64,000 nt of DNA from a virus (lineage: Duplodnaviria > Heunggongvirae > Uroviricota > Caudoviricetes): the IMG/VR virus record IMGVR_UViG_3300044984_003074, one strand, 5' to 3'. Below are positions 28,377 to 37,749 of the stretch, piece after piece. Position numbers and translations under genes: made by a program. The stretch's first letter is position 1; each line of letters begins with the position of its first letter. The notes under the pieces were generated by a model. That model worked only from the letters and a program-made list of their open reading frames with translations. It was not told the DNA's origin and did not search any database.

Positions 28377-28746
28377 AAAGAACTTCAGTTAGTATTCTCC
28401 ATTCTTTTAATGTGTTTCCTTCAAAGGTAACCTCAACCGGTTTCCCTTTTAATTTATCCACAGAGTCAACCTTAGCTTCCTTCAGTAAAGTCGAAACATA
28501 TCTCATAATCTCAGAATACCATCCATCCCTATCTTCTTCAGACCATTGGGTGTGTTCCGTCCATTTTATTTGTTCTGAATCCCAATTGGCTCTTGAATCA
28601 CCAACACCCCAACTTCCACCACTTAATGTGACGTGAAGACCTAACATTGCTCCTTGATATCCACCAAGACCAAAACTTACCGACTCAATTTTCCCTAATT
28701 TCTTTTCCATATTCTTTAATTTTAATATCCTTAAGGGCTTCCTCAA
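28375..28746 (-). CDS. hypothetical protein
   Basis: 123 aa ORF (start may be internal Met at ~28710). Confidence 0.3.
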   Translation of the reverse strand: MRKPLRILKLKNMEKKLGKIESVSFGLGGYQGAMLGLHVTLSGGSWGVGDSRANWDSEQIKWTEHTQWSEEDRDGWYSEIMRYVSTLLKEAKVDSVDKLKGKPVEVTFEGNTLKEWRILTEVL

Positions 28747-28845
28747 TTTGTTTTCCTAACCATTCTTTCCACTCGTCAAAGGTAAACTTTGAATTTGGAT
28801 TCTCCAAGAGAAAGTTTTTATATTGTGTTTCTAATGTTGCCATAA

Positions 28846-29445
28846 TTAATCTAAACTATTTGGGTAATATAATAATGTTGGGTTCTTCTTTTGGATATCA
28901 ATTTCAGGATATCTATCACTAAATGATTTGACATCAAATCGAGATGTAATTAAATGTCTACCATTTTTGGTAGGTATTACTTTTTCAACCTTAAATCCAA
29001 TTGGTCTAAGGTCTTTAATAAAATCGGCGACTTCATATAAAAAATCAGGGTCAGTAGTATCAATATCAACAATCCATCTTTTTTCTTTAGTCTTTATTTG
29101 ACCAACAACTGAATCAAATAACCCTTTTTGGTTTTGAACCCCATTCTTAATTCTTTCCGCCAAATTTGACAACATATCCAAAGAAACATCTTTATGATTT
29201 TGTTTTTGAATATGAATATAAGCTCTTGCTTTAAACATTTCACAAAGTTGTTTTACCTCATCGTACCTTCTTTCCAAATGGTCAATTGAATCAATACAAT
29301 ATGTTTTAATTGTTCTAACCGATTGATGATTATCTCTTTCATTTTCAGGTTGGTCTTTCTTACGTTTAAACACATACAACATATAGAAATCACCCTTTTC
29401 TTCAAAGTTTAACAACGGTTTTATTATCTCTAAATTATCTATCAT
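28846..29445 (-). CDS. hypothetical protein
   Basis: 199 aa ORF. Confidence 0.3.
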   Translation of the reverse strand: MIDNLEIIKPLLNFEEKGDFYMLYVFKRKKDQPENERDNHQSVRTIKTYCIDSIDHLERRYDEVKQLCEMFKARAYIHIQKQNHKDVSLDMLSNLAERIKNGVQNQKGLFDSVVGQIKTKEKRWIVDIDTTDPDFLYEVADFIKDLRPIGFKVEKVIPTKNGRHLITSRFDVKSFSDRYPEIDIQKKNPTLLYYPNSLD

Positions 29446-29998
29446 ATCTTTTTATTTTTTTATACTGTAAATTTGAAATAATTAGTTCCATCAAAATCAA
29501 ATTCCGCAATTACATCATTAGTTCCCCAAACAAACCTAATATAAGAACTAATGTTGGAATAAAGATTACCTGAATTTCCAGGAAATTGGATTATAATTTT
29601 TCTCAATTTTCCAACAACAATGTTATTAATTCCAGGTTCCCCATAAATGTTTTTAACTTCAGTGGTAATTCTAACCCCACTATAATAAATTGGGTTTTGA
29701 TGTTTTAATATTTTTCGGAAATAATCAATCTCTTTCATTTTAATATCCTATTTCTTTTTTAACTTCCCATTGTTTATCGATAGGAATTCTTTCAATTCTT
29801 TCAACAGGTACAAACCCGTCAAACCCTTTATCTTTAACATCCTCAAAATGTTCTATGGTATCCAATTGGAACCCGAACTTATATCGGATGTATTGGAACT
29901 TTTCTCCGTCCCAATATGCCATGTGGTTGTTCCTACAAAATCCATTGTACCAACCTTCAACCATTTCATTTTTTGGTATCATAATTTCTATTTTTTTG

Positions 29999-30072
29999 TG
30001 ACCCCTCCGAGACTCGAACTCGGGACTCCTTCATTAAAAGTGAAGTGCTCTAGCCAACTGAGCTAAGAGGTC
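29999..30072 (-). tRNA. tRNA-Lys (anticodon UUU)
   Basis: GACCTCTTAGCTCAGTTGGCTAGAGC, loop CTTTTAA, T-arm CCGAGTTCGAGTCTCGG. Confidence 0.75.
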
Positions 30073-30476
30073 TTTTTTTCGTTCAATCATTTCTGACTGT
30101 CCCCAATACCGAATTTCAGCGGCAACCCACTTACGTGAGGGGTTAGAACTTGTGTGTTAACTTACTCCTGTTAATGGTACACTAACCAACCGACTTAGAC
30201 TCAAGTAATCGGCTCAGGTCCCCATGGTTGTAAAACCACTTCTCATCGTTCGGGAGCAAACTAGTCGTATACTACTCGACTCGTGTAGTCGACACGGGAC
30301 TCGAACCCGCACAAGGCAACCTTACAACTCCATAGTCAACACAAGTGTCTGTGACTATTGGTCTTGGGGGTTTGGGACCTTCCCTCATTACACAGTCGAC
30401 TAACAACCCCACTTCACCAGGTTAATGGACTGGCTGCCATATGGGAGTGGGGGTTTCCCGTTAATTCGGGACTCCG
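30073..30476 (-). ncRNA. ~400-nt GC-rich structured segment including a 118-nt tRNA-like minihelix (8-bp acceptor around a GTCGAC palindrome + canonical T-arm, no canonical anticodon arm)
   Basis: minihelix approx 30286-30403: 5' TAGTCGAC ... GCGGGTTCGAGTCCCGT GTCGACTA 3'; remaining sequence forms many hairpins; no ORF support. Confidence 0.35.
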
Positions 30477-30549
30477 TGGTAACGGTCAGAATCGAACTGA
30501 CGACACCTTGTTCTTCAAACAAGTGCTCTACCGACTGAGCTACGTTACC
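30477..30549 (-). tRNA. tRNA-Phe (anticodon GAA)
   Basis: GGTAACGTAGCTCAGTCGGTAGAGC, loop TTGAAGA, T-arm GTCAGTTCGATTCTGAC. Confidence 0.75.
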
Positions 30550-30697
30550 AAATAAAGATAATGATGGAGTACCCGTCTCGCTCCAATCTTAACTGCTTTC
30601 CTGAGTTTTATGAGGCCTCGGCAGAAAGGGTGATGAACTATTGCTCCATTCGGAATTGTCGACATTCCATTGAATGGTTAGAACCATTATCTTAGTA

Positions 30698-30770
30698 GTT
30701 CCTGTAGGATTCGAACCTACGACTGCTTGCATGTAAGGCAAGAACTCTTCCACTGAGCTAAGGAACTGTA
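30698..30770 (-). tRNA. tRNA-Val (anticodon UAC)
   Basis: GTTCCTTAGCTCAGTGGAAGAGT, loop CTTACAT, T-arm GTAGGTTCGAATCCTAC. Confidence 0.7.
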
Positions 30771-30774
30771 TTGT

Positions 30775-30846
30775 AGCCCTGCCGGGAGTCGAACCCGACT
30801 TTCCAGGATGAAAACCTGGCGACCTAACCGATAGTCGACAGGGCCA
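30775..30846 (-). tRNA. tRNA-Glu (anticodon UUC)
   Basis: AC stem CCAGG/CCTGG loop TTTTCAT; T-arm TCGGGTTCGACTCCCGG. Confidence 0.65.
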
Positions 30847-30908
30847 TAAATAAATCTTTTACAAAGATACAATCAATATTTCAAAGAGCAAAAGATTATA
30901 GAATAAAA

Positions 30909-30940
30909 AAACCCCGAACCTTAATTAAAAGTTCGGGGTC
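30909..30940 (-). terminator. hairpin CCCCGAAC...GTTCGGGG with T-run on minus strand
   Basis: perfect 8-bp stem; T8 run on minus strand. Confidence 0.5.
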
Positions 30941-31130
30941 TGATATGATATAAATTTATATTATTATCCTACGATTACATCCGAACTACATAGCAGCATA
31001 CGCTCATACCAACAAACTATTTGTTGTTTACTAAAGACCATATGTTGTATTGTAGTTTTCATTGTTTCTATAATTATATCAAAGATAGTCAAAATCTTCA
31101 ATTTGTCAAATATTATTTTTTTTTGTACCC

Positions 31131-31203
31131 CAAGAGAGACTCGAACTCTCAAAATCTTGTATCTAAAACAAGCGTGTCTGCCATTCCACCATCGGGGCAT
31201 ATA
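31131..31203 (-). tRNA. tRNA with UAG anticodon (Leu-reading) but short type-I variable arm
   Basis: AC stem CTTGT/ACAAG loop TTTAGAT; T-arm GAGAGTTCGAGTCTCTC; D-stem weak. Confidence 0.45.
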
Positions 31204-31297
31204 TCACATCGTACAGGCATTCTGGTTCTCGCCAACAGAAATTCCATCTTACTTAGCCCACCCTGTGCGATAGGGGTACCTGAGGATATGATAATTG

Positions 31298-31371
31298 TGA
31301 TTCGGATAGGATTCGAACCTATGACCCCAAATTTAGAAGATTTGTGCTCTATCCAGCTGAGCTACCGAACC
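31298..31371 (-). tRNA. tRNA-Arg (anticodon UCU)
   Basis: GGTTCGGTAGCTCAGCTGGATAGAGC, loop CTTCTAA, T-arm ATAGGTTCGAATCCTAT. Confidence 0.75.
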
Positions 31372-31589
31372 ATTTTCCACCAATGAGATTATTTTGGTGT
31401 AGATATCTACAGTTTTCCTATTCAAAACCCATCGCGTCTTACCGCTTAAAAGTCAACCATATACTCGGAGGTCAAGATGGTTCTCTTGCCGTTTTTCCGA
31501 CGACTCCCTCTGTAAAACCGTTTGGAGTACCAGCTACATCATTGTTTAAGTAACGATGCCAAATCTATTGAGTATCTCTATCTCAATCG

Positions 31590-31669
31590 TAGTCAGGACA
31601 GGACTCGAACCTGTAATTCCGGTTAAACCCCTCAACGGGGCCGCGTCTATCCAATTCCGCCACCCGACT
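31590..31669 (-). tRNA. type-II (Leu/Ser-like) tRNA, anticodon arm non-canonical (reads UGA by alignment)
   Basis: D-arm TGGCGGAATTGGATAGACGC (Leu-like), T-arm ACAGGTTCGAGTCCTGT; anticodon region GCCCCGTTGAGGGG forms 5-nt loop. Confidence 0.45.
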
Positions 31670-31808
31670 ATTTTAAAATTCAATTGTGGACTTCCATTTC
31701 CACTCCGATAACTGTTGTCAATGTGATTTGTGCTATTGTACTTCTAGCTTAGACACATCGGGACGCACCATAAACATATGTCAGGGTCTTGTCTTTAATT
31801 GAATTTAG

Positions 31809-31908
31809 TAGTCAGGACAGGACTCGAACCTGTGAGGATATTTAAACTTCAGCAATGATAAAGTACCTTAAAGCGTCTACCAATTCCGCCACCTAACTAT
31901 TTTGAGGT
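31809..31908 (-). tRNA. paralogous type-II tRNA-like gene, 100 nt, aberrant/extended anticodon region (possible pseudo-tRNA or small intron)
   Basis: same acceptor/D/T arms as 31590-31669 but ~20 nt longer; no canonical 7-nt loop. Confidence 0.35.
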
Positions 31909-32253
31909 TGAGAACTCCTCGTGTTGTGCAAATATAGACATAAATCTTTTCAAAATTTATAATCTCACCCGACTATTTCATTCCTATCTCACAGGAACAA
32001 CACATTTTACTTCCACTGAGTTTTTCGGTTATACTTCCAAGTTTTATGTTCTCTGTATTTGTGAGAAAATTGTCCTTTTCTGTAATGAACACCCTCATCC
32101 CAATAAGAAGGGTATTCAAACTTTAACCAAATCAATCTGTAATCTTTTGAACAAGTTGCCTTCTTCAATTTCATTCTGTTTGTATTCACACTCATAATCT
32201 TGAGTCTGTTGTTTAGCAGACCTCAAAGATTATCAAATACCTTTTTCATAATT

Positions 32254-32334
32254 TTAAATTTTGTATCGAGAGAGGGAGTCGAACCCTCACGCCTTATGGC
32301 AAGGAGTCTTAAGCCCCTCGTGTCTACCATTTCA
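32254..32334 (-). tRNA. tRNA-Leu (anticodon UAA), type II
   Basis: AC stem AGGGG/CTCCT loop CTTAAGA, long variable arm, T-arm GAGGGTTCGACTCCCTC. Confidence 0.7.
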
Positions 32335-32534
32335 CCACCTCGATATTTCTTCTACAAAGATAGTAAAATCTTTGATATAACCATAAAAAAACCCCAAACT
32401 TTTCAGTTCAGGGTTAAGTCTCTATAAATAGAATGGCTCTGAACAAATTACCGCATAAGTCTTCTTAACAGACCTTGTCTATTAAGTAATAATGTATGTA
32501 ATAATATTGTTCTCATTGTTTTTATAAATATATC

Positions 32535-33251
32535 TTATTCTGTAAAACTTTCTTCATATAAAGTATTACTATCGTTTGATTCAATATTGTCAGTATGGTC
32601 TAATGTAACAATTTTATTATTAAAGTCAAATATAAATTGACCATCAGACCCTTCATTGTTTTCCCAACCACCAAAATTTGTTGAAAGTTGAGTGTAACAC
32701 CAATCTTCAATTCCCGCAGGTACCGCACTACCATTTTGGTCAAATCTATCTTCCAAATATCCTGAATCTCCAGACCCATTATATGTTACGGTTAAAATAC
32801 CATCATTTGGTATTTCAACATCGGAAAACTCGTTTCCTTCCCATCGTTTAAATTTTTCAATGTCTTCATCAGAATCGAACTCAATCGAACTTCCATCACC
32901 TCTTTCATAAAAAGACCACCATTTACTAAACACGATTTTTTTATCTTTTACATCAATATCAAACTCAACTCTTTGGTAATTAATCATATCCATATCAAGG
33001 TGCTCAAAATTGTTTTGATTATCAACATAGTTAACAATCTTTTGAAGTATTGGAATTAATCCTGATGGGATATCCGCTCTATAATTGTTTGAAAAATGGG
33101 TTATTTCATCCCAATCAATATCGTTGGGGTCAAATACTGAATAACTATCAATATCAAACTCAATATTACCATCATACATCCCTAATGAATTAAGATAATT
33201 GGTAACTCTTCGTAAATATTTTTTTTCTTCTGGTGTTAAAATTCCTTTCAT
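32535..33251 (-). CDS. hypothetical protein
   Basis: 238 aa ORF. Confidence 0.3.
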   Translation of the reverse strand: MKGILTPEEKKYLRRVTNYLNSLGMYDGNIEFDIDSYSVFDPNDIDWDEITHFSNNYRADIPSGLIPILQKIVNYVDNQNNFEHLDMDMINYQRVEFDIDVKDKKIVFSKWWSFYERGDGSSIEFDSDEDIEKFKRWEGNEFSDVEIPNDGILTVTYNGSGDSGYLEDRFDQNGSAVPAGIEDWCYTQLSTNFGGWENNEGSDGQFIFDFNNKIVTLDHTDNIESNDSNTLYEESFTE

Positions 33252-33267
33252 AAACTATAAATATCCT

Positions 33268-33615
33268 TTAATCATCTATTTTTAATGTTCTTAACATCCA
33301 TTGTGGTCGTTTATTCTCGGAAAGGTTATTAACCCACTCTTTGGCCGATGGGATATAGTTATTACAGTCTTCTTTTACATGTTGTTCACCAACATATCTT
33401 GTGTAAACTATTTTACCATCACTATTGGTGAATTCCGTACCAAATCTTTTTTCCATTTCAAAAATCCCTTCACTATGATGTCTAAACATTCTGTGGAGTG
33501 AGTCACCAAACCAAGATTTGGTTTCATCTAACCATTCGTGTAAATGGATATAATCTTCAGGTTTTCCACCAAATTTCTTAGCGGATGATTTTGCATGTAA
33601 ATTTGGATGTGCCAT
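33268..33615 (-). CDS. hypothetical protein
   Basis: 115 aa ORF. Confidence 0.3.
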   Translation of the reverse strand: MAHPNLHAKSSAKKFGGKPEDYIHLHEWLDETKSWFGDSLHRMFRHHSEGIFEMEKRFGTEFTNSDGKIVYTRYVGEQHVKEDCNNYIPSAKEWVNNLSENKRPQWMLRTLKIDD

Positions 33616-33628
33616 AGTTTTATTTTTG

Positions 33629-33703
33629 TGGAGCTAGTGAGAATCGAACTCACCTCAGAGACATTGCAAGTGTTTCTCGCCAAGCCTTGGAACATGTAAC
33701 CCC
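33629..33703 (-). tRNA. tRNA-Ala (anticodon UGC)
   Basis: acceptor GGGGTTA/TAGCTCC with G3:U70, loop CTTGCAA, T-arm GTGAGTTCGATTCTCAC. Confidence 0.55.
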
Positions 33704-33710
33704 TTATTTG

Positions 33711-33783
33711 AGCCTCCTGTCGGAATCGAACCAACGACATCAACATTACAAATGTTGCGCTCTACCTGCTGAGCTAAGGAGGC
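33711..33783 (-). tRNA. tRNA-Thr (anticodon UGU)
   Basis: GCCTCCTTAGCTCAGCAGGTAGAGC, loop TTTGTAA, T-arm GTTGGTTCGATTCCGAC. Confidence 0.75.
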
Positions 33784-33842
33784 GTTTGTGGGTATATGCT
33801 CATCACATATTCTTGGGTTCCCACACACCCCTTGAGCAGATA

Positions 33843-33914
33843 GACGGAATCGAACCGTCGTCTCCAGATTGGAAGTCTGGAGTAATAACCCCTATACGAT
33901 ATCTGCATTTGGCG
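33843..33914 (-). tRNA. tRNA-Gly (anticodon UCC)
   Basis: AC stem CCAGA/TCTGG loop CTTCCAA; T-arm GACGGTTCGATTCCGTC. Confidence 0.7.
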
Positions 33915-33917
33915 GTC

Positions 33918-33993
33918 CCGACGGGATTCGAACCCGTACCTCACACCGTGACAGGGTGGAATTGTAACCATTCAACCACGGGACCAAAATTTC
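33918..33993 (-). tRNA. tRNA-Asp (anticodon GUC), CCA encoded
   Basis: GGTCCCGTGGTTGAATGG, loop CTGTCAC, T-arm TACGGGTTCGAATCCCGT, 3' GCCA. Confidence 0.7.
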
Positions 33994-34107
33994 AATTCAA
34001 AGGTGACAATCCTATAACAATTGAATGAGAAAGAACCGTGTTTCTCGGGTAGTGACTTCCCGTATTCTGTCTTTCTGTTTTTTATGGGGAGTCTCAACCC
34101 AATCTTT

Positions 34108-34596
34108 TTAGTTAACTAATATGTCCTTATGTTCTTCGATTACTCGTTTTAAACTACTGACATATCTTTTGTCTTGTGCGTATATTTTACCAAGTAACGC
34201 AAGGTACTCTTTTTTTGTCAAATCATTCTTGTTTTTTAACATATAATTCTGCCATAAGGAGTAATCATACACACTAAACACCCAATCTTCATAACTTGAA
34301 TACCCACTTTTGGTTTGACCGTTTGCGGATGACTCTCGTTTTTTTGGTATTCTCATACCAAATAGATTGTTCGCTGATTTGAACAATTTGGAAGTAAATT
34401 GACCTGATTCTAATACCGCTTGTGCGAATACCACATCAGGAAATTTAATTCCGTGATTAATTATCTGCTCATACAAATTTTGTCTTGTGATACTATTTTC
34501 AATAGTTGTTTCACTTTGTAATTGCTTCTCTTGTGCTTTGATTGTTAATGTTCCTAACAATAACAATCCAGTCAATAAGAATGTTTTTAACTTCAT
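34108..34596 (-). CDS. secreted GH73-family N-acetylglucosaminidase (FlgJ-like) peptidoglycan hydrolase
   Basis: 162 aa; N-terminal signal peptide; VFAQAVLESGQFTSKLFKSANNLFGM GH73 motif. Confidence 0.6.
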   Translation of the reverse strand: MKLKTFLLTGLLLLGTLTIKAQEKQLQSETTIENSITRQNLYEQIINHGIKFPDVVFAQAVLESGQFTSKLFKSANNLFGMRIPKKRESSANGQTKSGYSSYEDWVFSVYDYSLWQNYMLKNKNDLTKKEYLALLGKIYAQDKRYVSSLKRVIEEHKDILVN

Positions 34597-34667
34597 TTCT
34601 TTCTTTTTGTCTGTTTATGCTTCAGGATTACTCCATCCACGATACCACAACATTGGAAATTTTCCAC

Positions 34668-35228
34668 CTACCCCACTTGTAATAATTCAACTAAACCGTC
34701 GTGTATTTCAGAATGACAATTAGAACATACTAATATACATTTGTCTACCTCGTCTTTTAGTTTTTCAAAACTAACACTTTTTCCTGAAATTGAAAAGTCT
34801 TTTTCTTCAGGATTGAGATGATGAAATTGTAAAGCTCTGTTACATTTTTTATATCCACATAATTCACATTCACCACCCTTATAGTCAATTAATTTTTGTT
34901 TTGTTCGTTTTCTCCATTCAATAACTGCTTCAGTTTTTGAAACTGTTTTATTTTTATTTGTTGTTACAACATATTTTAAAACAGTGTTAATTGCATGTCC
35001 TTTTAATTTTGCAATTTTTTTAACAGAACCAATTTCATCATAAAGTTTTTGTAATTCTAATTTTTGTTCATCTGTCAATCTATCACTATGACCACCCATT
35101 TTATTGAGTTTACAGTGATATGATACTGTTGAAATTGCACAATGTAATTCTTTACAAATTTCTTTATAGGTTTTACCCTGATTTCTTAATTCTATTATTT
35201 TTTCGAAGTATTTACTCATTATTAACAT
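34668..35228 (-). mobile_element. HNH homing endonuclease with N-terminal HTH domains
   Basis: 186 aa; C-terminal HHLNPEEKDF...CILVCSNCHSEIH HNH motif. Confidence 0.6.
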
Positions 35229-35269
35229 TATTAGTTAATAATAACTATCACAAATATTCGAAAAGTAAA

Positions 35270-35354
35270 GCTGACACGGTAGGATTCGAACCTACGTCGG
35301 ATTTTACTCACCAGATTAACAGTCTGGACCATTCGACCTCTATGGCAACATGTC
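35270..35354 (-). tRNA. tRNA-Asn-like (anticodon GUU) with unusually long variable region
   Basis: AC stem CCAGA/TCTGG loop CTGTTAA; T-arm GTAGGTTCGAATCCTAC; 15-nt variable. Confidence 0.5.
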
Positions 35355-35360
35355 AATAAT

Positions 35361-35433
35361 GTCGGGGTGGCAGAAATCGAATCTGCTCGATGTCCTGGTC
35401 CCAAACCAGGCGACTAACCTTTAGTCCACACCC
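35361..35433 (-). tRNA. tRNA-Pro (anticodon UGG)
   Basis: CGGGGTGTGGACTAAAGGTTAGTC, loop TTTGGGA, T-arm GCAGATTCGATTTCTGC. Confidence 0.75.
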
Positions 35434-35448
35434 CGTAATAAATAAAAA

Positions 35449-35475
35449 AAACCCTGAAGGATTAGTTCAGGGTTT
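35449..35475 (-). terminator. hairpin CCCTGAA...TTCAGGG with T8 run on minus strand, upstream of tRNA array
   Basis: 7-bp stem plus T-run. Confidence 0.5.
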
Positions 35476-36152
35476 TAAATTTTTGGCTAATATAATATTA
35501 CTCAAAAATTATGTCTGAACTCATACGAATAGTGCCCGCATCCCCATTAGGAGTTGTCGGTGTGTCAAGATTTGTATTTGTGTTCATCGTTTTCATAGTA
35601 CAATATTACAATAAATATATCAAAAATCCAATAATTATAAATATTTTTTAAAAATATTTTGAATTACCTGTTCATCCTCAGAACTTAAAGAGTAATATTT
35701 CTCTTTAAGTTTATCTAAATTTTCATTAAAATCAGTTTCATATCTTCCCAAATTTTCATTTGGATTTGTTCCAATTACGTTTTTAGGAAGATAACCATCC
35801 TCAACTAAACACTCTATTAATTCTTGTATTTCTCTTTTACTACAAGAAGATACAAATTCGTCAACATCTACATCAACATAAGATTCAAATTCTGGCATAA
35901 TAATTTGTTTTAATTTTTTACAAAAGTAATTAAATAATTTGACTTCCCAAACTTTTTTCAGATATTTATTAGTATGATAATAGACAAAATATAAGGTGTC
36001 TTTTGGGAACTAACCTATCATATGAGAACTTAGATGTTTTGGGGTTTGGAAAATTTCAATTCATAAAAAAATACTAATTATTAGTTTTATAAAAGGGTCA
36101 ATATTGACCCTTTTTTTGTTTTTATATTTTAAATCACTTATGTTTGTAAAAA

Positions 36153-36650
36153 TTGAAAGGAATGAGCACGGTATTGGTATTAAATTATGATTATACTCCT
36201 TTGAATGTCACAAGCATTAGGAGGGGATTTGTATTGGTAGATAAGGGTAAAGCTGAAATTATAAAATCAGATGAAAACCCAATTATCTCAGGATACAATG
36301 AATATGTACGCCCCGTTATTATCCGACTTTTAAAATACATAAAATACCACGCAAGAGGACTAAGACCAAATAGGTCAAGAATATACAGAAGAGATAATCA
36401 AGAATGTGTTTATTGTGGTTCAAAAAAAGATTTAACATTAGACCATGTATTACCTAAATCAAGAGGGGGAAAAAATGAATGGACAAACTTGGTAACATCT
36501 TGTTTTAAATGTAACCTTAAGAAAGGGAACAGAACTCCTGAGGAAGCAAAAATGAATTTAAAAACAAAACCTTTCGCTCCAACATTAATTAATGAAAACG
36601 CAGTACTTCATAAAATTTGGATTGATTACCAAAAATCATTTGTTTATTAA
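36153..36650 (+). mobile_element. HNH endonuclease
   Basis: 165 aa; CVYCGSKKDLTLDHVLPKSRGG...NLVTSCFKCNLKKG. Confidence 0.65.
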
Positions 36651-36682
36651 AAATCTTTATTAGATTTTAAAAAAAAATACAA

Positions 36683-37015
36683 ATGCAAGAAAATTACACA
36701 AATCCAGAAAAAGCAGGTCAAGGACAAGACCCTCAAGATTTATTAAATGCTTCATTAATCTTTGCAAGAGCATTAGGGTTAATCCTTAATGATGGTGAAG
36801 GTATTGTTGTTGATATCGTTGGAGATATGAATTTAGGTGAAGACATTAAGAAAGTTATTGTTTTTGAACATAATGACCAAGTTCACATTTATAAGTGTGA
36901 AGAAGACATTCCTGAAGGAAGCGCCGTTAATATGAAAAGTAACGAACAAACTGAAACAAACCCAGCAGAAGAAGGAGAATCTACAGGCGCTGACGTAACT
37001 GGCGAAGGATTTTAA
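36683..37015 (+). CDS. hypothetical acidic protein upstream of clpP
   Basis: 110 aa ORF. Confidence 0.3.
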   Translation: MQENYTNPEKAGQGQDPQDLLNASLIFARALGLILNDGEGIVVDIVGDMNLGEDIKKVIVFEHNDQVHIYKCEEDIPEGSAVNMKSNEQTETNPAEEGESTGADVTGEGF

Positions 37016-37068
37016 AAAAAATTAGGATAATTAATTATTTTTAAATACATTTGTCAAAAATATAAAAT

Positions 37069-37749
37069 ATGAATATAGGCGAAGATTTTAAAAATTATTA
37101 TGTAAAACATTTAGGTAAACCATCTTTGGATTTACATAATTTTAATTCTCAAATTGAGAATTCGATGACTCCATACATTTTGGAAGAAAGAGAAATGAGA
37201 GTAACTCAAATGGATATCTTTTCAAGATTAATGAGAGACCGAATTTTATGGGTTGCTGGACCTGTTAATGACCACATGTCAACAATAGTCCAAGCTCAGT
37301 TAATGTTCTTAGATTCATCAGATAAATTGGACATTACGATGCATATCGACTCTCCTGGTGGAAGTGTTAAGTCAGGACTTTCAATGGTAGATGTTATGGA
37401 TTACATTTCTTGTGATATTAGAACAATTAACACAGGTATGGCGGCATCTATGGGGTCCGTATTGCTGGGGGCTGGAACTAAAGGTAAAAGAAGTTCATTG
37501 AGATTCTCAAAAACCATGTTACACCAATCTTCAGGTGGTGCAGGAGGTAATATCCAAGATGCTCGTATCAATATGAGGGAATGGGAAAAAACAAATAAAA
37601 TTCTTTTTGATTTGTTAGGTTCTTATTGTGGTAAAACTGCGGAACAAGTTACTTTGGATGCTACTCGTGATTTGTGGTTAACTGCGGATGAAGCACTTGA
37701 ATACGGGATTATTGATGAAGTTGTTACAACAAAAAAGAAGGGTGTTTAA
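37069..37749 (+). CDS. clpP: ATP-dependent Clp protease proteolytic subunit ClpP
   Basis: 226 aa; HIDSPGGSV, catalytic Ser in TINTGMAASMGSVLL, His in MLHQSSGGAGG; terminator overlaps stop. Confidence 0.8.
   Translation: MNIGEDFKNYYVKHLGKPSLDLHNFNSQIENSMTPYILEEREMRVTQMDIFSRLMRDRILWVAGPVNDHMSTIVQAQLMFLDSSDKLDITMHIDSPGGSVKSGLSMVDVMDYISCDIRTINTGMAASMGSVLLGAGTKGKRSSLRFSKTMLHQSSGGAGGNIQDARINMREWEKTNKILFDLLGSYCGKTAEQVTLDATRDLWLTADEALEYGIIDEVVTTKKKGV

Noticed and set aside
26000-35500. CRISPR array or integrase/attP near tRNA cluster
   Set aside because: No spaced direct repeats and no tyrosine/serine recombinase ORF. Only a single 2-copy tandem repeat (28254-28297).
36091-36118. Plus-strand terminator hairpin GGGTCAATATTGACCC with T7 run and no upstream plus-strand gene
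   Set aside because: Could terminate an unannotated sRNA at about 35990-36117, but no supporting promoter or structure was identified. Noted only.
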